Source: Candidatus Iainarchaeum sp. (GTDB lineage Archaea; B1Sed10-29; WALL01). Taken from it: a stretch of 54,401 nucleotides of DNA. The stretch is taken from contig JAGGYF010000002.1 of assembly GCA_021162685.1 (NCBI GenBank), positions 1-54,401 of the forward strand, in the 5' to 3' direction. Below are positions 10,729-20,240 of the stretch, piece by piece (the stretch's first letter is position 1; every line of letters begins with the position of its first letter). A model generated the notes under the pieces. It saw only the letters and a list, made by a program, of their open reading frames with translations. It was not told where the DNA came from and searched no databases. A program made the translations under genes and the position numbers.

Positions 10729-11172
10729 ATGTTAATGGTTAGGCACATAGAAAATGGAACTGTGATAGACCATATAGATGCAGGCAAGGGATTGGAGGTA
10801 TTGAAGGTTTTGGGTGGAGCAGGCGACACTACAATCGTTCTTGCCATAAATGTCCAGAGTAAAAAGAAGGGGAAGAAGGATATACTAAAACTGGAGAACA
10901 AATTTTTGGATAAGGATAAAATGGACCTCATCGCAATAATCTCTCCGAACACTACTATTAATGTTATCAGGGAGGGAAAGGTTGTTGAGAAGATAAACGC
11001 AGAGATGCCTGAGGAGATAAATGGAGTACTAAAGTGTATAAATCCCAAATGTATAACAAATGCACCGAGAGAGCCTGTAACAACAAGTTTTACTGTTAAG
11101 AAGAATCCTGTGATGCTAAAGTGCAAGTACTGCAGTACAGAATTCCCAGCAGATATGATACAACTACTTTGA
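10729..11172 (+). CDS. pyrI: Aspartate carbamoyltransferase, regulatory subunit
   Basis: IENGTVIDHI, KKDILKLE, Zn ligands CINPKC...CKYC; directly follows pyrB. Confidence 0.97.
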   Translation: MLMVRHIENGTVIDHIDAGKGLEVLKVLGGAGDTTIVLAINVQSKKKGKKDILKLENKFLDKDKMDLIAIISPNTTINVIREGKVVEKINAEMPEEINGVLKCINPKCITNAPREPVTTSFTVKKNPVMLKCKYCSTEFPADMIQLL

Positions 11173-11523
11173 CTTCTTACAAAAGCACATCGTTTCGCTT
11201 CCCAGCTCTCCCATTGCCCAAGGATTTAGAATGCAGGAGGCCCCAGGAAGATGTTCAGCATTGTTTGCTTTTTCAACCTGTTCAATTGCTGCTGGTGTGG
11301 TCGCAACCCTTTGACAAAAGCCAGAATCATAGCCTCGCGAAGTACATTGATTGATGCACTGCCACTCAGCCGGAATTTGCACAAAAAACGAGATAATAAC
11401 TAATAAGGCAACAACTGTCAAAATGGTAGCTGCTAAGAGGATAACAGCGATGGCTATGACCTTGCTGTTCAAACCAAAAACCTCTTTTTTCTTTATTATG
11501 GCCTTAGGTATATTGTTATACAT
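11164..11523 (-). CDS. Hypothetical membrane-anchored Cys-containing protein
   Basis: One long TM followed by a small domain with six Cys; start uncertain. Confidence 0.55.
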   Translation of the reverse strand: MYNNIPKAIIKKKEVFGLNSKVIAIAVILLAATILTVVALLVIISFFVQIPAEWQCINQCTSRGYDSGFCQRVATTPAAIEQVEKANNAEHLPGASCILNPWAMGELGSETMCFCKKSK

Positions 11524-11595
11524 GCAGGTTATTTAAAGGTGAGGCCTACCAAAGCTACACCTTTTTAAAATTTGAGTTAACCAATATTGTCCAAG

Positions 11596-11670
11596 GGGCC
11601 CGTAGTCTAGCTAGGATAAGGCGCCTGGCTTCGGACCAGGAGATCGCGGGTTCAAATCCCGCCGGGCCCT
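11596..11670 (+). tRNA. tRNA-Arg(TCG)
   Basis: GGGCCCG...CCTGG-CT-TCG-GA-CCAGG...GCGGG-TTCAAAT-CCCGC-CGGGCCC. Confidence 0.95.
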
Positions 11671-11708
11671 TTCGTTTTACAATAGGAAGGGGTGTGGATT
11701 CCGAGGTA

Positions 11709-11786
11709 CGCAAAGCGAAGCAAGGGAGTATATCCTTCTGTATGCTCTGCGCTTCGCATTGCGCAGGGGAAACCGTAGGTGTCCCC
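11709..11786. repeat. GC-rich double-hairpin element (REP/MITE-like or structured ncRNA)
   Basis: CGCAAAGCGAAGC pairs with GCTTCGCATTGCG (12/13), with an inner GGAGTATA/TATGCTCT stem; second hairpin GGGGAAACC-GTA-GGTGTCCCC. Confidence 0.5.
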
Positions 11787-11842
11787 CAAGACGCTCTGAC
11801 CTGCCGGCGAACAATTGCTTTGATTTTCTGGAAGACAATATC

Positions 11843-11872
11843 TTTAAATACTTTGTAGTACGTATGTACTAC
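11843..11872 (+). promoter_or_regulatory. TATA box plus palindromic operator upstream of the RHH-RelE operon
   Basis: TTTAAATA (11843-11850) followed by the perfect inverted repeat GTAGTAC-gtat-GTACTAC (11855-11872). Confidence 0.65.
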
Positions 11873-11885
11873 GGAGAGTGTTTGT

Positions 11886-12107
11886 ATGGAAACAGTACAG
11901 GTAAGGCTAAACAAGGAACTTGCCCGTCTACTCAAAGCTGCTGTGAGTAGGGGAGTGTATCCTAACAAATCAGAAGTGATACGTGATGCATTACGAAGAC
12001 TTTTTGCTCCAGAATTAAAGGAGGAAATACTAGCTGAGGCATTAAGACGGGGCAAGAGCAAAGAATTTGTTTCTCAAAAGGAGATTGAGAAGGAGTTCGG
12101 TTTATGA
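11886..12107 (+). CDS. Ribbon-helix-helix (CopG/MetJ-like) antitoxin
   Basis: METVQVRL...GVYPNKSEVIRDALRRL; overlaps the RelE start (ATGA). Confidence 0.85.
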   Translation: METVQVRLNKELARLLKAAVSRGVYPNKSEVIRDALRRLFAPELKEEILAEALRRGKSKEFVSQKEIEKEFGL

Positions 12108-12370
12108 GCGCATTTAGGGTAGTCTGGCATAAGAAAACAATAAAGGAGCTTCGCACCATTCCCAAGAAGATTGCCAAGCAATTGATTATCAAAGTCAGTG
12201 AGTTAGGTGATGATCCAATCAAAAAGTCATTCCCTCTTGCAGGATGTAATTTCAGGAAAATTCGTGTAGGAGAATACAGAGCAATAATAGAAGTTGTTTT
12301 TGATAAGAAGCTTGTTAAGGTCCTTCTTGTGGGGCACAGGCGGAACATCTATAAAAAGTTGTTCAGATGA
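12104..12370 (+). CDS. relE: RelE/ParE-family toxin
   Basis: 88 aa, basic; KIRVGEYRAI...VLLVGHRRNIYK signature. Confidence 0.88.
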   Translation: MSAFRVVWHKKTIKELRTIPKKIAKQLIIKVSELGDDPIKKSFPLAGCNFRKIRVGEYRAIIEVVFDKKLVKVLLVGHRRNIYKKLFR

Positions 12371-12375
12371 AAAAG

Positions 12376-13491
12376 TCACTCCTCAACCTTGCCCCAACTT
12401 GCCTCCTCTAGTGCCTCTTCCTTCTTTGACGGTTTCTCAAATGCTCTCATTACTGAGAATGCAATTCCACTTCCCAACGCAGAGGCAGGAGCGATGATAA
12501 ATGATTCTAATGCAAGTACAATAGATGCTAGTGCAAATGCTACAATGAGGTTCATCCATTTATATACTGTTTGCAGCATAGGTAATGTATCAATAAGGTT
12601 TTCAGCAGTACGCATCATTTCTTCTTTTCTTTCTGGAGCATTTAGTTGCTGATATAGCTTTGAGACAAGCGCCTCTTTATTGTACTGGAGCGAGCCGATG
12701 TTCTCCAACATTGCCTGTTTTCTTGCATTGATTGCTTCTGGGCTATTCACTTCGTTGTATATCCTATCAACCTCTTCGTCTGTTAGGTTTAATCCCATCT
12801 GTTCGTATATGGGCCCGTATGTTCTCCTTATCTGCTCTCTAACTATAGTAAAGTCCATGTTCTCTATCATCTGTCTCATAATTGCTTGATTATTTGATGC
12901 TTGTGCATCTACCATTGCTCTGATCTGATCCCTTGTTATCTCAAATGAGCCAGATTGTCTTATGATTGTTTTCAGGCTATTTTTGAAGCTGTCTTCATAT
13001 GGTTTACTGTCCATGGAAACAATTGCAAAAGTAGATATGAAAAGAATAACAGCAAAGATGAAATATGCCTTCTTTGTTGCGTTGAACCCAAAGCTCAGTA
13101 TACCTACCCCTCTCTCCTTTGGCGTCCCGCTTATTATTGCTGTTGCAATGGCAACAGAGATTGAGAACAAAATTCCTATTATTAGGTATTCAAGGAGCAT
13201 GTCTTGAAACGAAAGAATAAACAGAGACACAACAAACAGAGAGGATATGAAAGATAATATGGCTGCAACATTTCTCTTTTCTGTTTTCATTGATGCAAAT
13301 AGAACACCAAGACCAAGACCATTTGTTACAAGCGCGCCAATGATATAAAGGATGTTATCCTTGAAAATAGAAAAAAGCGCATTTATGTCCACTATCTTTG
13401 GCAGGGTTATGCCTATTGTAGAAAGCAAGAAGAATGATAGTGCAAGAAGCACTACGTAAGTAATTGTTCCAGCAATTGTTTTTCTTCTCAT
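12376..13491 (-). CDS. Hypothetical multi-pass membrane protein with a large helical loop
   Basis: Five N-terminal TMs, a ~150-aa helical segment and a C-terminal TM; overlaps the map stop. Confidence 0.75.
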   Translation of the reverse strand: MRRKTIAGTITYVVLLALSFFLLSTIGITLPKIVDINALFSIFKDNILYIIGALVTNGLGLGVLFASMKTEKRNVAAILSFISSLFVVSLFILSFQDMLLEYLIIGILFSISVAIATAIISGTPKERGVGILSFGFNATKKAYFIFAVILFISTFAIVSMDSKPYEDSFKNSLKTIIRQSGSFEITRDQIRAMVDAQASNNQAIMRQMIENMDFTIVREQIRRTYGPIYEQMGLNLTDEEVDRIYNEVNSPEAINARKQAMLENIGSLQYNKEALVSKLYQQLNAPERKEEMMRTAENLIDTLPMLQTVYKWMNLIVAFALASIVLALESFIIAPASALGSGIAFSVMRAFEKPSKKEEALEEASWGKVEE

Positions 13492-14363
13492 GTTGTCACC
13501 TCACATCCATCCTCAGTAACAATGATGGTGTATTCTTTCTGGGAGACCAATCCCCTATCAACCAATACTGGATAAGTTTCAAAGATGCCTCTCTGTACTA
13601 GTTCTCTCAGAGCAACCTTTAATTTAAATCCTGATGATACCTTTGTGAGCCATCTCTCTGCAAATGGCAATGCCTTGTATTCCTCCATAGCAAACTTCAA
13701 TATCTTTCTAGCATCTTGGTTTCTTACTGGTTTAAGTTCAACAATGGAGAAGATCTCAACCCTCCTCTGTTCCTTTACTATTCCATCGCCCATTGTAGCA
13801 AATGGTTCTATAGCAATAGCCATACCCTCTTTGATCTCAAAGCCAGATGGAGTTTTTATGTTGGGGATGGTTAATCCAACATGCAACACATACTCATCTA
13901 AAACATGTCCAGTTAGATTTCTTATTGGTTTGAATCCATACTGCCTGATAGTTTCTTCTATTTTTGCTCCGACTTCATTTGATTTTACTCCTGGTTTGAC
14001 CATAGCAATTGCTTCTTCAAGCGCCCTTTCACTAGCCTCTAATAGTTTACCATGTTCTCCGGTCAGATCAACAGTAATAGCAGCATCACCTATGAATCCA
14101 TCTACATGTGCACCGCAGTCCAATTTAACAACATCCTCCCCAAATGTTATCTCGTCATCTATGCCTGGTGTGAAATGTGCTGCCTGCTCATTTATGCTTA
14201 TATTACACGGAAACGCTGGTTTTGCTCCAGCATCATATATATACTTCTCAACTGCCTCTGCCACATCTAACAATTTCGCACCCACTTTGATCTTTTTAGC
14301 CCCGTGTTTCAGTGCTTCAGCAGTGATATTTCCAGCCTTTTTGTATTTCTCTATGTTTTTCAT
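13488..14363 (-). CDS. map: Methionine aminopeptidase type II
   Basis: AFPCNISINEQAAHFTP, KLDCGAHVDG...D, NLTGH, AIEPF, SQKEYT metal ligands. Confidence 0.97.
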   Translation of the reverse strand: MKNIEKYKKAGNITAEALKHGAKKIKVGAKLLDVAEAVEKYIYDAGAKPAFPCNISINEQAAHFTPGIDDEITFGEDVVKLDCGAHVDGFIGDAAITVDLTGEHGKLLEASERALEEAIAMVKPGVKSNEVGAKIEETIRQYGFKPIRNLTGHVLDEYVLHVGLTIPNIKTPSGFEIKEGMAIAIEPFATMGDGIVKEQRRVEIFSIVELKPVRNQDARKILKFAMEEYKALPFAERWLTKVSSGFKLKVALRELVQRGIFETYPVLVDRGLVSQKEYTIIVTEDGCEVTT

Positions 14364-14423
14364 GATACCACACTACCTTAATGAAAACAACATTTAAATA
14401 CCCTTTCTTCTTTATTATGGGAT

Positions 14424-14633
14424 ATGAAAATCATTGAGATGCTTGCTGAACAGGAGATGAAACGATACGAGAGTTTACCATTACACAAGAAAAGGGTAGT
14501 GATGTTCAAGATGGACGATCTAGCAAGGGCAAAAGGATACAAGGATGCAAAGGAAGTGAAGGAAAAAAGGCCATACATCTGGCGAGAGATGCTTGTAGAG
14601 GCAATGAGACAGTGCTATCCTGAAGGGGTTTAG
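14424..14633 (+). CDS. Small hypothetical protein
   Basis: 69-aa ORF with TTTAAATA about 25 nt upstream; fills the gap between map and polB. Confidence 0.55.
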   Translation: MKIIEMLAEQEMKRYESLPLHKKRVVMFKMDDLARAKGYKDAKEVKEKRPYIWREMLVEAMRQCYPEGV

Positions 14634-17600
14634 AACCACTCCCCCAGATTTTTCTGTTTTCCACCTATCTTTAAATCATCCTCTTTTATGCCTAGTTCAT
14701 GTAGTATCTTCATAACAGCAGGAAGGATTTGATTTTCTATGTAGTATTCTGCATCAGGTTCCCTGTTCCCGATTAGCTCCAAGGGATAACTCCTATCACC
14801 TATATTTCCAGCACCCCTTGTGACGATGTAGCCAATAACACTACCTTTCTTCATCTTTCGGCCAGCTTTCTCAAGACGCATCGCTGCTCTTACATGTGGG
14901 CCTATGGCTTCATAGTCCTTTATCTTTCTTTTTAGTGTGGTGTATATAACAAAATCTTCTATTGGAATCCTGCCTTTTCTTACATTTTCTATTGTTTCTG
15001 CAACAATACGTTTAGCATCATCAATCCTGTTCTCAAGTACTGCTCTTATGACCTTCTCCTGCGTTTTCTTTGCTATTGGACTCCAGTCACTTCTTACGAA
15101 TTCTAATCCAGTTATCTCAATTGCACCATCTTCCCTTATCAATGCATATCGCTTTTTTGCTGCTCCCCCCTCTCTCTTTGTTACAAAGATTCCTCTTGGG
15201 TAAAACCCCTCCAATTCCAATTCCATTGCTTCTGGAAGTTTGCTATTGTACATATCCAAGAATTTCAAAACGTCTTCCTTTGTTTTGTTCCCCATCTTTA
15301 GGAATAATGAATCTGTGTTATGGAGGAGTATGTGCCCACAGCTATCCACAAACATATGTGTTCCTTCAACCTCAAGGTCATATACATAACCATTATATCT
15401 CTCTTTTCTTAACGTTATTTTTAATCTGCTGTTATGTTTGTATGATGTAGAGACGATATAACTTTTCTTGCTTGGTCTGTATCTTATAGTGTACTCCTTT
15501 TTCAACTGGGTCAGTAGGAAGGATAGTCCGCATGCTAATTGCAGCGAGTTTGTTTCATATCTAAAATTATCTTTGGAGTACCTATCTGTATATCTTGGAC
15601 CAAACTTCTTACTACCATCGCCCTTTATCATATTATCCAAAAAGAGGAGTTTATACCTCTCCGGCACGTGAAATATGAACTCAGGAATTTTTTTACCTCT
15701 GCTCCCCTGGCCACATAACACTTTAAAGAAAACAGCAGATAGGTTGTTCATCATCTGTAGCTTATATGTCTTGTCATCATATCTAATTGTTTTGCCTTTG
15801 TATGACAATGTTCTCCTCTTTTTTGTGGATTTTATCACACATGTTTTTACACCTTTGAAAAGCATGTGATAATCTCTCTGCAACTGCTCAAGCCATTTCG
15901 TATCAGAGCTGCTTATACTTGCTCCCATACGTGACATTGTAGTTTCTGGTGTGGATGCACTCCCCTCTGCAACATACGCACCAAGTAGCCTACATAGTGC
16001 TGAAAACTCTTTTGTGCCTATACGAACAAATCGTCTGAGTTTTACGGGGTTCTTTCTATTTGTCCAGGAGAACCATACATACCGATCATCCTTGTGCACG
16101 AACGCTGTTTTCTGCCTTCCCTTGTAAGTTGTTTTGTAGGAATAACCTTTCAGCATCTTGTATAGATCAAGTGCTTTTATCTGTTTTATAGTTGGGATGG
16201 CTGTTATCCTCATAAATGGCTCTTTTAACTCAGTTGGCTTAACCTCAACTAGCTTTCCTTCTCTTTCAACAATAAGTGAATGATCACCTGTTACCCTTGT
16301 TTCACCATACTTCTGGTTTACTCTATATACCATTTTGTTTATCTTGTGTCTGATGACTCTTTTTATCGGTTTCCAAACAACCTTTCTAGTTTTAGGGTCG
16401 ACAGTAAGCGCTTTGTAGTGTTTTAGGCTTACAAACGCTTTATCTCCCCTTCTTCTTACTCTCTCCCCTTCACTGAATAACTCCTCAATATTCTTTATTT
16501 CTATCACACCATCCTTGTTCATTACTGTAACAAACCTCTCCTTTGTTACACTGTCTCCGTATAACACCTTAAATCCTGCATCCTCTGCCTCTTTTATCGC
16601 ATTCTGTATGTATTGTCTTCCCCATGCAGTAACGGATTCTCCACATTCCCTGTTGTACCATCTTGCTCTTGCATACAACATGTAGCCATATGTTGAGTTC
16701 GCTATAATCTTCAATGCATGTTGCTGGTTATTCAACCTTTCATATTCCTCGCCTTTCTCATTTCTCATACGTTTTTTTGTCTCAATACGTTTTTTCACAA
16801 CCTTCTCAAGCATCTCTGGGATCAATCCCTTCTTCTTCTTACAAAATCTTGCACCTGTTGGTGACACATGTGGATTTTTACAGTCATTGCAATTCAGTGT
16901 ATCTGGAGAGATATTGTGTGAGATAATAATGCTTGGATACAGTCCCCTAAAGTCAAGTATTGCTATATTCTCGTGCAATCCTGGTTCTGGCTCCTTAACA
17001 AATGCTCCCTTTATGGGATTCATTATCCTCTTCTTCACTTCTTGTTCTGTGGGTTTATTTGGTGCTATTTGCCCTCTTTTGAATGCCTCCTTTAGTAGCA
17101 TAATCTCAACAATTTGGCTAGAGCTCATTCTTGATACATCAAATAGCGTTTGATTTATGAGTTTGCTGAACTCCATGTACAACGGGAACATCTTTTCTCC
17201 GAGTAGGTAGCATGCCTCAGAATCCTCAAGTGAATACTGACAAAGTTCGTCTATGTTTTTGGAATCCCACATCTTCCATATGTCCTTGCCAACAACATCC
17301 TTTTTCTCCTTTCCTGTGAACTCTTTATACACATCTTCCAATGTGTACCTTGGGAGATGCAATGCACCAATTGCTGCTAAAAATCTCATACCCTTATATG
17401 CATCTATATGTACATGTGATTTTATGCTTGCCTTTTCTCCCTGTTGGCTTGGCCTGACAGATATTATCTTGTAGTCCAAGCCCAGTGTTTTCATCCTTTT
17501 TCTAAGATACGGTAGGTCAAAATTATCTCCATTGTATGTATACAGCACATCAATATCCTTTATGAACTCAAAAAAACGCTCTATCATCGCTTTTTCATCA

Positions 17601-18157
17601 TCAACAACCTCAACAAATGGCAGGTCGCACTTTCTCCATGTAAATACCTTCTTTTTCTCTCCAACAACAGAGATCATGATGATAGGATCTTTCTCTGGAT
17701 CAGACATACCAGATGGGTTATATGTTTCAATATCAAATGCAGCTCTTGTGATCTTTGGTGGTTTTTCCTGCAATGGCTTTGTTTCTATTGAACCATTCCT
17801 CTCATACCATTCCTGCATCTTCATGGGTGGGATATCTTTATCAATCAAAAATCGTTGTATGAATGGTATATCATACTCCCTAATCTGCCCATAGCGCTTT
17901 GCTTCCTCCCTGAGCGTCTTCACTTGGCTTGGAGAATGAGCAAATATCTTCAATGTATTTCCAGAGATAAGTTCTATGTGTTTTGCGTTTTTCAGCTTCT
18001 CAATCGCTTCTTTTGGCGATTTTGTAATGAGATAGAAGTATGGTTCAAATTTTCTCTCTTTGAGTATCACAACCCCTTTTTCTGTTTTTACATACAAATT
18101 TAACACTGTTTCCTTCTCATTTTCATCATAATCTACGTCCAGTAGTACGCCTTTCAT
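14630..18157 (-). CDS. polB: Family B DNA polymerase with one intein
   Basis: Exo motifs FDIET and YNGDNFD; polymerase motifs DFRGLYPSII and KIIANSTYGY; YGD/TDS interrupted by the intein. Start set at ATG 18157 (MKGVLLDVDY). Confidence 0.97.
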   Translation of the reverse strand: MKGVLLDVDYDENEKETVLNLYVKTEKGVVILKERKFEPYFYLITKSPKEAIEKLKNAKHIELISGNTLKIFAHSPSQVKTLREEAKRYGQIREYDIPFIQRFLIDKDIPPMKMQEWYERNGSIETKPLQEKPPKITRAAFDIETYNPSGMSDPEKDPIIMISVVGEKKKVFTWRKCDLPFVEVVDDEKAMIERFFEFIKDIDVLYTYNGDNFDLPYLRKRMKTLGLDYKIISVRPSQQGEKASIKSHVHIDAYKGMRFLAAIGALHLPRYTLEDVYKEFTGKEKKDVVGKDIWKMWDSKNIDELCQYSLEDSEACYLLGEKMFPLYMEFSKLINQTLFDVSRMSSSQIVEIMLLKEAFKRGQIAPNKPTEQEVKKRIMNPIKGAFVKEPEPGLHENIAILDFRGLYPSIIISHNISPDTLNCNDCKNPHVSPTGARFCKKKKGLIPEMLEKVVKKRIETKKRMRNEKGEEYERLNNQQHALKIIANSTYGYMLYARARWYNRECGESVTAWGRQYIQNAIKEAEDAGFKVLYGDSVTKERFVTVMNKDGVIEIKNIEELFSEGERVRRRGDKAFVSLKHYKALTVDPKTRKVVWKPIKRVIRHKINKMVYRVNQKYGETRVTGDHSLIVEREGKLVEVKPTELKEPFMRITAIPTIKQIKALDLYKMLKGYSYKTTYKGRQKTAFVHKDDRYVWFSWTNRKNPVKLRRFVRIGTKEFSALCRLLGAYVAEGSASTPETTMSRMGASISSSDTKWLEQLQRDYHMLFKGVKTCVIKSTKKRRTLSYKGKTIRYDDKTYKLQMMNNLSAVFFKVLCGQGSRGKKIPEFIFHVPERYKLLFLDNMIKGDGSKKFGPRYTDRYSKDNFRYETNSLQLACGLSFLLTQLKKEYTIRYRPSKKSYIVSTSYKHNSRLKITLRKERYNGYVYDLEVEGTHMFVDSCGHILLHNTDSLFLKMGNKTKEDVLKFLDMYNSKLPEAMELELEGFYPRGIFVTKREGGAAKKRYALIREDGAIEITGLEFVRSDWSPIAKKTQEKVIRAVLENRIDDAKRIVAETIENVRKGRIPIEDFVIYTTLKRKIKDYEAIGPHVRAAMRLEKAGRKMKKGSVIGYIVTRGAGNIGDRSYPLELIGNREPDAEYYIENQILPAVMKILHELGIKEDDLKIGGKQKNLGEWF
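15317..16552 (-). mobile_element. Intein (412 aa) with LAGLIDADG homing endonuclease, inserted at the PolB YGD|TDS site
   Basis: Begins with Ser (SVTKERF); block B TRVTGDHSL; LAGLIDADG-like LLGAYVAEGS and FLDNMIKGDGS; ends VYDLEVEGTHMF...ILLHN followed by extein Thr. Confidence 0.93.
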
Positions 18158-18204
18158 AGTAATGCTTTTATAACACACTCTTATAAATTAATTGGGGTGT
18201 TTAT

Positions 18205-18708
18205 TTGCCACGCGAGAGAAGACATGTGCCGCCGTCACAACAGAAGGAATCACGACCAGCCTCTTCCTTATCAAGCACTCTGCAGGCACTTGATGCACAG
18301 ATAAGGCTTCTTGCTCAGCGGATCAAAGTAATAGAAAACAATCAGCAGGTTGTTGGACAGACACTGGTTAAGCAAAATAAGAAGATAAAAGAATTGGAAC
18401 AGATGATCGCCTCATCTTCTGGTGGAAAAATTGATCTGTCCTCTGTGAAAGAGGAATTAAAATCAGAACTAGAAAAAGAACTTTCATCCATTGCAGCAGT
18501 TGCTCCACCACGTGTTGAAGAAATAGGAGCACCATCAAGTAAAGAGGATATAGAAAATTTGAGGCAGAGGGTTAAGGAACTTGAACAGGCAGTGTCAGAG
18601 ATAAAGTATGTACTTGAGACAATAAACCCTATGGAGTATGTAACAATAGAAGATGTTGGAGATATCGTAGAGAGAAAGTTGAGGGAAAAACAATCAAAGG
18701 GCGCTTAG
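18205..18708 (+). CDS. Hypothetical coiled-coil protein
   Basis: GGGGTG RBS before TTG; heptad-like helices; divergent from polB. Confidence 0.75.
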   Translation: MPRERRHVPPSQQKESRPASSLSSTLQALDAQIRLLAQRIKVIENNQQVVGQTLVKQNKKIKELEQMIASSSGGKIDLSSVKEELKSELEKELSSIAAVAPPRVEEIGAPSSKEDIENLRQRVKELEQAVSEIKYVLETINPMEYVTIEDVGDIVERKLREKQSKGA

Positions 18709-20157
18709 CGTTGGCCTCAATCTTGCTCTGTACGGCTTTTTACTTTGCTCCTGGATAACAACTTCATTCCCACCAATGCATTGTATCTTCATTGTGGCGT
18801 TTTCCAGAATCTCCTTGTCAACGTCAAGTTCGTTTTTTACAGATATGCATATCCCTATGCCATATTCGCTGCTGAGTTTGATCAATGTATTTATCTCCTT
18901 GTCAATACGTTCTCCTTTGCCTTTTACTACATCTGGCTCCTCTATGAATATTTCAACCTTTATCTCATGGGATGAGATCTCATGTTTGTAGCTCTCGTAG
19001 ACTGTTTTTAGCACTGTGTAGATAACACCTTTTACTATATTCTTCTCAAATCCTTTAGCATTAAATATCGCGACCCTGCCCATCTTCTTGAGCCATGGTG
19101 CAACAATCTCTTTTGGGTCCATCTTTCCATCAAATAACCTTGGATACAGCATATCCAAAAGTTTGCAGATCCTTACTGCTCTTGCTGCATAGTACTTATT
19201 CTCCTTCTCTTTTGTTTGTTCAAGCGCATCTATAAGTTCTTCCATTGTCCCTATGTTTTTTGATTGTAGTATTTTGCCTATCATCTCAATGGCTTTTCCA
19301 TTTCCAGCAGATGAAATATTACCAAATAGTTCGCCATCAAGCAACGAAAGGTCAATGAACATATCAGCTCCTGGTATGAATCTCCTCACGGGCATGCCAA
19401 TAGGGTCTACATGCAACCCATACTCTGAAAATTGTGTTGTGTCCGGGTTTGGAGCATCTATTTTATCATACTTGTCAGCTGTGTCAAAAACCACTGTTGA
19501 TATGCCGTTTAGTATGTTCCCCTCTAGTATAATGCGCATCGCATGTTTTCTTTCCTCTTCATCCCCTATGATCACAGCAAGCAATGTGCTCTGCACAAGT
19601 TCCTCAGCAGCTCCACCATCTCTCTTTAGTCCAATTCGTATGTGTTCAGCACTTGATGTAATTACAGTCTTTGGACCAACCTTTCTAACAGTTGTTACAG
19701 GTATTGCCAGTGGCTCCCCAAGTATCTCATGTATCTGCTCCACTTTTGCAAATTGCAGGTCTATGAGTTTTATGGGATAGCTCAGGGATGCATGCCTTAC
19801 CTCAGCACTTTTTTTCTCAAGCTCTGAATATAGGCTCTGTGCCTCATTTATAAGATTTCTTGGTGAGAATACAACATATTTGGGGTCTGTGCTGACAGCA
19901 ACAAATGTTCCTTTAAATGTTGGGGTGTTTTTCTCAATAACAACAACATTTGCATTTGTCTTAAACGCAAAGTTCGATGGGTTCCCATCAAGTATAAAAA
20001 ATCTGGTCATAATCATTACTACGCCTTTTATCTCATCCCCCTTTCTATCGTATATCATCATAAGTAGTTTTTTCTCTGGATTTTCGTGATATGTTACCTC
20101 CCTTCCAGCCCATACGCCAGAAAATATCTGTTTCCATGGACCATGAGGAAGTTGCAA
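18694..20157 (-). CDS. HerA/DUF853-like P-loop fold protein with degenerate ATPase motifs
   Basis: Motif order matches the HerA/FtsK clade: IGL...AVIIGDEEERKH (Walker A position)...ILEG...STVVFD...IFIEEPD (Walker B position)...SEYGIGICISVKN...DVDKEILENA. Start TTG 20157, or ATA 20169. Confidence 0.7.
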   Translation of the reverse strand: MQLPHGPWKQIFSGVWAGREVTYHENPEKKLLMMIYDRKGDEIKGVVMIMTRFFILDGNPSNFAFKTNANVVVIEKNTPTFKGTFVAVSTDPKYVVFSPRNLINEAQSLYSELEKKSAEVRHASLSYPIKLIDLQFAKVEQIHEILGEPLAIPVTTVRKVGPKTVITSSAEHIRIGLKRDGGAAEELVQSTLLAVIIGDEEERKHAMRIILEGNILNGISTVVFDTADKYDKIDAPNPDTTQFSEYGLHVDPIGMPVRRFIPGADMFIDLSLLDGELFGNISSAGNGKAIEMIGKILQSKNIGTMEELIDALEQTKEKENKYYAARAVRICKLLDMLYPRLFDGKMDPKEIVAPWLKKMGRVAIFNAKGFEKNIVKGVIYTVLKTVYESYKHEISSHEIKVEIFIEEPDVVKGKGERIDKEINTLIKLSSEYGIGICISVKNELDVDKEILENATMKIQCIGGNEVVIQEQSKKPYRARLRPTLSAL

Positions 20158-20240
20158 AATCCTTGCTATCCTATCACCTTTAAATACTCCTTTCCATTAA
20201 CATTAAAATCGTTGGCATATTAAACCTTTTTGGTGTGTAT

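Noticed and set aside
11555-12061. 168-aa minus-strand ORF
   Set aside because: It is antisense to tRNA-Arg and the RHH gene; the 'GPAGFEPA' peptide is translated tRNA.
13585-14397. 270-aa plus-strand ORF and the many other plus-strand ORFs over polB and the giant genes
   Set aside because: Antisense shadows (Ser/Pro/Phe-rich) of well-supported minus-strand genes.
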